DNA of 64,000 nt from Nitrospira sp. (GTDB taxonomy: Bacteria > Nitrospirota > Nitrospiria > Nitrospirales > Nitrospiraceae). The stretch is from positions 3,584,001-3,648,000 of the forward strand of contig AP038806.1 of assembly GCA_047150005.1 (NCBI GenBank). Direction: 5' to 3'. Of this stretch, positions 57,761 through 64,000 are shown piece by piece. The notes under the pieces are model-generated. The model saw only the letters and a list, made by a program, of their open reading frames with translations, ran no database searches and was not told the origin of the DNA. Positions within the stretch are counted from its first letter, which is position 1. Every line of letters starts with the position of its first letter. The translations under genes and the position numbers were made by a program.

Positions 57761-58894
57761 TCAGTATAGCTGTTCCGCAACGTGGTCCGCATAGAGACGC
57801 CCCCTGGCCGTCAATCTGGTATACCGATCCACTTCTTCGATCAAGTGTCCGTCCCGCAAGCGGCTGATCGTGCGGCCATGGCCGTAATTCACGCCGTGAG
57901 CGGAGAGGCTGGCCGTCGGGACCCCCCGGCTCAGCCTGAGCCCGAAGATGACGGAATCCCTGAGGCGCTCCTGGTCGGACAAGACGGCATGATCGGACAG
58001 AGGCAGCCGCTGAGCGGCCAAATCCGCCTGATAGGCATTCAAGCTTGCCGTCTTGCCGAACCGAGCGCCGTTCAGAAAAGATTGCGCGCTCGGGCCGAGG
58101 CCCAAGTAATCGCCATGCGTCCAATACAGAAGATTGTGGCGACACATGTGTCCCGGTTTGGCGTAGTTCGATATCTCGTATCGCTCGTATCCAGCCGCGC
58201 TCAACATGACGTGGGCCGTCTCATCCATGGCGACCTGTAGCGCTTCATCCGGAGGCAAACAACGGCGGGCTTCGATATCCCCGGCCAGCGCCGTCCCCGG
58301 TTCGACGGTCAGGGCGTAGCACGACAGGTGTGCGGGAGTCAGGTCGAGACATCGCTCCAGCGTCGAGTTCCAACTGGCTATCGATTGGCCTGGGAGCCCG
58401 TACATCACGTCAAGATTGATATCCGCGAAACCGGCCTTGCGAGCCTGCCGCACGGCGGCGACCGTTTCACCGGCAAGCGCAGCGCGCCCGATGCCGGCGA
58501 GTTCGCTGTCCTCCATCGATTCGGCCCCGAAACTCATACGGGTGAATCCGGCGTCCGCAAGCGCCGAGAGATCCTTCAAGACAACAGTGGCGGGATGCGC
58601 TTCGATCGTCACCTCGCAATCGACCGACCATTCAAAATGACCTCGGATGCCGTCGAGAATACCGATCAGATCCGATGTCTCCAAGGCCGTAGGGGTTCCA
58701 CCGCCGAAATACACGGAACTCAGCGGCCGTCCCCGCACATCGTCCTGCCGCGCATGGAGCGCCATCTCGGTGTGCAGTGCAGCCAGAAACCTGTCGGCCG
58801 CCGCCCGGTGATGGACTTCCAGATAGAACGAGCAGAAGTCGCACCGACGCCGACAGAACGGGATGTGGACATAGAGGCCGAGTGGCTGGCTCAT
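57761..58894 (-). CDS. hemW: Radical SAM heme chaperone
   Basis: LYVHIPFC...CDFC, GGGTP, YEISNY, HNLLYW. Confidence 0.9.
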   Translation of the reverse strand: MSQPLGLYVHIPFCRRRCDFCSFYLEVHHRAAADRFLAALHTEMALHARQDDVRGRPLSSVYFGGGTPTALETSDLIGILDGIRGHFEWSVDCEVTIEAHPATVVLKDLSALADAGFTRMSFGAESMEDSELAGIGRAALAGETVAAVRQARKAGFADINLDVMYGLPGQSIASWNSTLERCLDLTPAHLSCYALTVEPGTALAGDIEARRCLPPDEALQVAMDETAHVMLSAAGYERYEISNYAKPGHMCRHNLLYWTHGDYLGLGPSAQSFLNGARFGKTASLNAYQADLAAQRLPLSDHAVLSDQERLRDSVIFGLRLSRGVPTASLSAHGVNYGHGRTISRLRDGHLIEEVDRYTRLTARGRLYADHVAEQLY

Positions 58895-59163
58895 GATCGA
58901 ATGCGGAACGGCTGCGGATTGGAATAATCCCGTGACACCACGACCTCGATCTCGTCGACCGGCGAGATCCCGCGATTGCGGATGTGCGCGCTCCAGGCCG
59001 GATGTTGCCGGAGCGAGTCGAACACACTCTTCAGCAGTTGCGGTTTGATCCGTGCTTCCCAATCGCGGACCCAGGCGAATTCGTCTTCCTCACCTTCATA
59101 ATCCTCAGGAAAAGACACCTCCAAACTGAAACGGAGGCGAAAGGTCTTTTCTTCCCGGTGCAT
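58891..59163 (-). CDS. Hypothetical protein
   Basis: AGGAG RBS, ATGA overlap with hemW. Confidence 0.7.
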   Translation of the reverse strand: MHREEKTFRLRFSLEVSFPEDYEGEEDEFAWVRDWEARIKPQLLKSVFDSLRQHPAWSAHIRNRGISPVDEIEVVVSRDYSNPQPFRIRS

Positions 59164-59178
59164 CGGTCTCCTCGCGGA

Positions 59179-59207
59179 TTGCAAGGCCGGATAGACGATT
59201 CTATAAT
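59179..59207 (+). promoter_or_regulatory. Sigma-70 promoter
   Basis: TTGCAA-N17-TATAAT. Confidence 0.6.
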
Positions 59208-59232
59208 GACGCTCCGACAAAGGAGCCTTACC

Positions 59233-59457
59233 ATGCCTATCTTCGAATATGTCTGTCGCGATTGCAATCATCGATTCGAGCTGCTGATTCAGGGCTCGAT
59301 GCAGGCCACCTGCCCCCAATGCCGCTCTGGCAATCCGGAGAAGCAGTTCTCCGCGTTCGGTGTCGGTGCGACTGAATCCTGGGCGACGTCTTCGGGAGCA
59401 GGTGCGTGCGGGAGTTGCGGTGATCCGCGAGGTCCCGGGGCCTGCTCCATGAATTGA
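59233..59457 (+). CDS. FmdB-family Zn-ribbon protein
   Basis: MPIFEYVC.DC...FE, CPQC. Confidence 0.88.
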   Translation: MPIFEYVCRDCNHRFELLIQGSMQATCPQCRSGNPEKQFSAFGVGATESWATSSGAGACGSCGDPRGPGACSMN

Positions 59458-59459
59458 CT

Positions 59460-59780
59460 ATGGAGTCTGCAGAGAAGGTCTTGCAACAGGCCATCGCCGC
59501 GATCGCGCAATCCGACCCCTTGGTCAAGCTTCTTCAGCAGGTCAAGATGGGTCGTATGAAATCCACGGATCCCGGACTGGCAGCTGTGACGGAATCATGG
59601 CTGGCGACTTACCGGAAGGCCGTTGCGGCGGAGGGACTGACCAAGCAGGCTCTCAGGCGGATCGATCCGGAGCCGCGCCTGGCTCTCTTGATCGAGTTAG
59701 GTATCGTGACCTCCGCTCATCCGTCCGTCACAGCCCTTGTGGCGAATTTTGAACAGGCCCTCGCGCGGGCGAATGACTAA
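59460..59780 (+). CDS. Hypothetical protein
   Basis: Operonic spacing. Confidence 0.7.
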   Translation: MESAEKVLQQAIAAIAQSDPLVKLLQQVKMGRMKSTDPGLAAVTESWLATYRKAVAAEGLTKQALRRIDPEPRLALLIELGIVTSAHPSVTALVANFEQALARAND

Positions 59781-60453
59781 CTCCACCGTACGGCGTACGT
59801 GGCTCGCAACTCTTTGTCTCGGCGTGCTCCTCTCTGCGCTGAATGCCGCCGCCCAAGATGTGAGCGGGCGCGGTCCGTTGCATATCGTATCCGACCCCGC
59901 ACAGCTCAGCGCGTTTCTGCCCCTCTCCACGCACCTGATGCTCGAGCCTGTGTCGATCGAACGGCTTTTGGACCAGCTCGATGGACGGCCTCCGGACTGG
60001 CAGACCGTCTATGGACAGGGTCATCACGACCCCGGGCATGACGACCGACTGTTTTTGCTCAATCGCGAGCGTGATGCGCAGCGAGAGGGAAATCCAGCAC
60101 TGTCATGGGTGGTCACGTTCGCGTGGATCGGCGAACTCTCGCCGTTCGATCCGCAGGTGGGCGGATTTCCCGTCGCCCTTGGCCCGAAATTCATAGCCAC
60201 ACGATGGGGGATGGTGCGCTTCAAAGCCGAGGAACCGCCGGGGAATCTCGTGGTGATCGCCGACGAGGCCTCCGCCGAGATTCTTGACGCAAAATCCCAA
60301 CGGCCCTTGCCGCGAAACATCGATGTCCTCATGACCGGTCGGTTGCTGCCTGCCGAATCCCTGGTCTACGATTTTTCGCACGACCAAGAAGGATTAGGAC
60401 TCGTGATGCCGTTCGTCCGCGTGGAGCACATTCACTATGTGCTGATGCGGTAG
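59773..60453 (+). CDS. Exported hypothetical protein
   Basis: Signal peptide; 8-nt overlap with the upstream gene. Confidence 0.7.
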   Translation: MTNSTVRRTWLATLCLGVLLSALNAAAQDVSGRGPLHIVSDPAQLSAFLPLSTHLMLEPVSIERLLDQLDGRPPDWQTVYGQGHHDPGHDDRLFLLNRERDAQREGNPALSWVVTFAWIGELSPFDPQVGGFPVALGPKFIATRWGMVRFKAEEPPGNLVVIADEASAEILDAKSQRPLPRNIDVLMTGRLLPAESLVYDFSHDQEGLGLVMPFVRVEHIHYVLMR

Positions 60454-60576
60454 CTACAACCTCGCTTTCACCTACGCGTTTGCCCGTCGCCGAGTTCCGA
60501 ACGCCCGCCTCTGGGAGTCGGCTCCGGGACCTTCCGCACCTCGTTCGGACCCGTATGGGGCCGGAGATCGCCACCG

Positions 60577-61455
60577 TCAAAACGCATCCTTCGCACAGCG
60601 AAATCCCGTTCCGCTCGGACGACTGTCCATCGTTCCCCAGTCACGGTCGCTCGTTCGAAGGCTGATGGCCGGCTTCAACCACGATCCTCCTCGCATGGAT
60701 TTGATGGCGCCGCGTTCCGGACCGACAGGGTCGGTGAGCGTGGCGGACCGGTAGTAATTGGGGTCGTACCAATCCTGGACCCATTCGGCTACATTGCCCG
60801 CCATGTCGTGGAGGCCGTAGGCACTCATTCCCTCAGGAAAACTGCCGACCGGCAAGGTCAGCACTTCGCCCTTGAGTCCCTTGGCCTTCGCGATCTGGGC
60901 TCCTTCTCCCTGGATCCAGAATGCTTCCCATTCCGTCGAGTTGGCGAAATCGATCCTCCGGCCGGCCCAATAGCTGGCACTGTTCGCCCAGAATGGGTTC
61001 CACACATTGCCCCAGGGATAGAGACGGCCGTCCGGACCGCGCGCGGCCTTTTCCCATTCGGCTTCGGTCGGCAACCGCTTTCCCTCCCATCGACAGAATG
61101 CCGACGCATCGAGCCAGCTGACATTGATGACCGGATGGCGCTCGGTGCCCGGCAAGGGGTGACGATTGTCCCAGAGAGTGACGCGCGGGTTGGAATTCTC
61201 CGGCATCGGATGTCCCGTTGAGGCGACGAACCGGTCGTAGGCCTCATTCGTGACCTCATAGACATCGATGTAGAAGCCGCCGACGTATATCAGCCGCTGC
61301 GGCTGCTCGTCCGGCAAGCCGCCGCCGGTCGGGGAGCCCATCAGGAATTCTCCGGCAGGAATCAAGACCATCGACGGCGGAGCGGAGAAGACGAAAGACG
61401 GACAAGACAGAAGTGCGACCAAGAGGAGGGGAGCCATGCGACGAGAAAGAGTCAC
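60577..61455 (-). CDS. Formylglycine-generating-enzyme (FGE-sulfatase) domain protein
   Basis: F.MGS, RLPTEAEWEKAARG, DMAGNVAEW, RGGSW, GFRC. Confidence 0.92.
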   Translation of the reverse strand: MTLSRRMAPLLLVALLSCPSFVFSAPPSMVLIPAGEFLMGSPTGGGLPDEQPQRLIYVGGFYIDVYEVTNEAYDRFVASTGHPMPENSNPRVTLWDNRHPLPGTERHPVINVSWLDASAFCRWEGKRLPTEAEWEKAARGPDGRLYPWGNVWNPFWANSASYWAGRRIDFANSTEWEAFWIQGEGAQIAKAKGLKGEVLTLPVGSFPEGMSAYGLHDMAGNVAEWVQDWYDPNYYRSATLTDPVGPERGAIKSMRGGSWLKPAISLRTSDRDWGTMDSRPSGTGFRCAKDAF

Positions 61456-62207
61456 GCGCCCGTCTTGGTCAGGCCGCACGCACGGGCCACCGCGTCGCGA
61501 TAGGCCTGCCAGAGCGCCAAACATTTCTGGAGGCAGGAAAGAATCGTCCGCTGCTGAATGCCTGTCATCGCGTAATTGACCACCATATCATAGGCATCGT
61601 GCCGATGCCCCGCTTCCACCATCTGATGGGCGCGAATCAGGTCCATGCAATCGGGCGAGAGACCATAGTGCTTGACCAGAGGATGCTCGCCGATAACGGC
61701 TTCGACTTCCTCCGCGGTCTTGGGTTTCGACGGCTCCGCGAGTTCCTTGCGGTCCTTGACGCTTCCTTCCACAAATACCGTCATGGCCGCCGCCCCGACC
61801 ACCCAATCGCGGTGGTCCGACGCCTGTTCCAGCCAGGCCCGGTAGCGTCTGGCCGCCGGAAGGAGTTGAATCCGTTCGAATTCCCGTCCCGCATAGCCGA
61901 GGCCGTTCATCATGCTGAGAAACAGATCGGGGTGCGATTTACCCAATGAGAGGCCGCCGGTATCCTCTTCGTAGATATTCTCCGCCAACATCCGTCTGAC
62001 GGCCGGCGGGGGATTGTGTCCATGGATGCGCGCGAGGAACACGGGAAAATCCCGGACGTACACTTCATACTCCTGCTGAAAGTGCCGCATAAGACGGTCG
62101 ACGGGAATTGTCCCCTTGGCAAAAAAGGGCCAGGCCCAGTGGTCCTTGCGATCCATGATGCGGAGGATTTCTTCTTGGAAGCGGGCTTTGGTCATACGCT
62201 TCGACAT
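61452..62207 (-). CDS. TenA/PqqC/CADD-like heme-oxygenase-fold oxidase
   Basis: ENIYEE......SH, VEG, H...E..H. Confidence 0.8.
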   Translation of the reverse strand: MSKRMTKARFQEEILRIMDRKDHWAWPFFAKGTIPVDRLMRHFQQEYEVYVRDFPVFLARIHGHNPPPAVRRMLAENIYEEDTGGLSLGKSHPDLFLSMMNGLGYAGREFERIQLLPAARRYRAWLEQASDHRDWVVGAAAMTVFVEGSVKDRKELAEPSKPKTAEEVEAVIGEHPLVKHYGLSPDCMDLIRAHQMVEAGHRHDAYDMVVNYAMTGIQQRTILSCLQKCLALWQAYRDAVARACGLTKTGA

Positions 62208-62263
62208 GCTGGTTGCCTTCCTGACCGCCGACTCATTACAATTCGTAACAGAGTGGGGACGAA

Positions 62264-62548
62264 ATGAAACCGGTCACCGTTCAGAACCCCGAGGAAATTC
62301 TGACGTTGCTTGCCGACGTGGCGCTTCGGGGAACCGGATTTGTCACCGAATGTCTCCTGGATTACGTCTTGGACGAAGGTTTTACGGAACCGATTTACTT
62401 CAACGCAAGCGGGGAGGACCCGGAAGCCTATTTCAAGGGTCAAGCGCCGGCGTGGGCCGTCTATCAAGTGCGCGAGTGGAAACGGGTCCTGACCGTTTCA
62501 GGCGGACCGGGCAAAGCGCGTCGCGTCCAGATAACGGAAACTCCATAG
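62264..62548 (+). CDS. Hypothetical protein
   Basis: GGGGA RBS; divergent from the CADD-like gene. Confidence 0.65.
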   Translation: MKPVTVQNPEEILTLLADVALRGTGFVTECLLDYVLDEGFTEPIYFNASGEDPEAYFKGQAPAWAVYQVREWKRVLTVSGGPGKARRVQITETP

Positions 62549-62640
62549 AGGGATCGAGCTGAGTCTACGGTGAGGCGATTGAAAAAGCAACGAATCGGAG
62601 AAGTCTTACCGGTCGCAGCCGGCCCGGCGGAGATCGACGA

Positions 62641-62889
62641 ATGAACCTCGTGCGGATCGCGGAACCCTTCACACTCGGCGAGTTGGTGGTGCTGCAGAGT
62701 TTGTTGGACGGAAGCGGTATCGAGTATGTCCTCCGTCATGCGAACGTCGGCAGTCTGTACCCGGGCATCCCTGCGCTGACATCCCAGGTGTTCGTCGACG
62801 AGCGGGACGTCCCCCGTGCGGAGCATTTGCTGAGTCGCCTCAGATCGGAGCTGCGCGAGGTGCCTCAGACGACGCCGGACAACGGCTAA
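62641..62889 (+). CDS. DUF2007-like protein
   Basis: SLL..SGIEY, V.V.E.D..RA. Confidence 0.75.
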   Translation: MNLVRIAEPFTLGELVVLQSLLDGSGIEYVLRHANVGSLYPGIPALTSQVFVDERDVPRAEHLLSRLRSELREVPQTTPDNG

Positions 62890-63341
62890 CCAGACGGTTT
62901 GGGTGTGTGGGGATTCGATGGGCTCTGCGAAGGAAGACGCTCTCCCGATCCTTGGAACCATCCGCCGATCAACATGCCTTCTTCGAAATAAAGATAGCGG
63001 TGCTTCACGACCGCCGTGCTCTCCCAGTCCTCGAAGATCCATTCTTCCTGCCGGATTCCGTCCTTGGTAAAGGTCGTATTGATCGTCTGGGGTCCACCCC
63101 AGGATTGCAGGACCTGCTCCTTCGACATTCCGACCATGACGCGGTGCTCGGAGATATGTCTCTGAAAATCCGGATCTCTCATCTGGACGATGAGCGGCCA
63201 AACAACCATCAGCGCGACGAACAGGATGAGGCCGGCATAGATCGTGATGCGCACCGGGCGCTGTCGGATAAAGGAAACCGGTTCGGAAACATTGAGATCC
63301 GCGGACGACATATCTTCAATCACAAGGTGCTCTAGCGCCAT
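62886..63341 (-). CDS. Membrane-anchored SmpA-like domain protein
   Basis: TM plus GMSKEQV..SWG.P, EEWIF, YLYFE.G. Confidence 0.7.
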   Translation of the reverse strand: MALEHLVIEDMSSADLNVSEPVSFIRQRPVRITIYAGLILFVALMVVWPLIVQMRDPDFQRHISEHRVMVGMSKEQVLQSWGGPQTINTTFTKDGIRQEEWIFEDWESTAVVKHRYLYFEEGMLIGGWFQGSGERLPSQSPSNPHTPKPSG

Positions 63342-63479
63342 GGATGATCGACAGCATGCACAACGCGCGCGGGAATCCTAGCAATCACCCGCAGGAGGCG
63401 TCAAGGGACGCGGACATGGGATCGGGAGGGAGCGAAGGCTCGGGGATGGTCTCCCGCTCGAAGCACGCAGATCTTCGCG

Positions 63480-64000
63480 TCAGTCGGCGTACTGGGGGAC
63501 CGGGATCTTCTTGACCTGAGTCTGCCGCGGCGGGACCGGCTGCTGGAAGAATTCCTTGGAATAGGGGTTCATGATCGGATCGTGAGTATGGCGTTGCCTC
63601 CGCTTCACGAGCTCGATGCTTTGCGTGCCGATCTCCAACCGATCCACCGACGCCTTGGTGGTCAGCGGATCCGGCAATCCTTGGAGGGAAAACAACTGGT
63701 AGGCGAGTGTCCAATCCAACTGGTCCTTGGCCGCCTCTTTGACGATGAACCGCGCCTGGGGCGAAGGAGCTCCCTTGAACAACAAGAGCCAGATGTTTGA
63801 ACGAAAGGACGGCGCGGCCGGATCATCAGAGGGATGAAACTCCGGGACCAGAGCCGGCATCTGAGCAATGGAAACGGACGGGGTGAACTCGATGTCGACC
63901 AGTCTCACGTACAGGGCACGATTCTCACTCTGGTCGTTGGGATCCACTGCGTAGCTGAAGGAATACCGCACTTCAATCCCGTCTCGCTTGAAGATGTAGA
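63480..64000 (-). CDS. Hypothetical protein, partial (start lies beyond the right edge)
   Basis: Frame open to the window end. Confidence 0.65.
   Translation of the reverse strand, partial: YIFKRDGIEVRYSFSYAVDPNDQSENRALYVRLVDIEFTPSVSIAQMPALVPEFHPSDDPAAPSFRSNIWLLLFKGAPSPQARFIVKEAAKDQLDWTLAYQLFSLQGLPDPLTTKASVDRLEIGTQSIELVKRRQRHTHDPIMNPYSKEFFQQPVPPRQTQVKKIPVPQYAD

Noticed and set aside
1..64000. CRISPR array, rRNA, integrase, prophage genes, riboswitch
   Set aside because: None recognised by eye; a covariance-model search was not possible

Overview
GC-rich bacterial chromosome segment; gene content and intergenic repeats suggest a Nitrospira-like organism (inference, not tested). The left ~27 kb is an accessory region around a tRNA-Arg(ACG). 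It holds an exported WD40/caspase-like protease-YVTN-FecR-Lnt operon, a papain-like protease/partner lipoprotein pair, an AT-rich metallophosphoesterase-ECF sigma-two-orphan cassette, an IS30 inserted in a REP-like palindrome, two independent copies of an IS3-family element, two CTAG-flanked MITEs and an inverted copy of the tRNA 3' end. The right ~37 kb is mostly core-like: a Ski2/HelY-type helicase split into two genes in reversed order and coupled to glgC, a CzcCBA-like RND pump, def, an ABC exporter, a ThiS/MoaD-E1-JAMM sulfur-relay operon with cysK and thrC, an IS5, a heme peroxidase, clpS, a Ca2+/H+ exchanger, hemW and small conserved-looking hypotheticals. All family calls are from motif recognition by eye; no database searches were run, so novelty is unverified.
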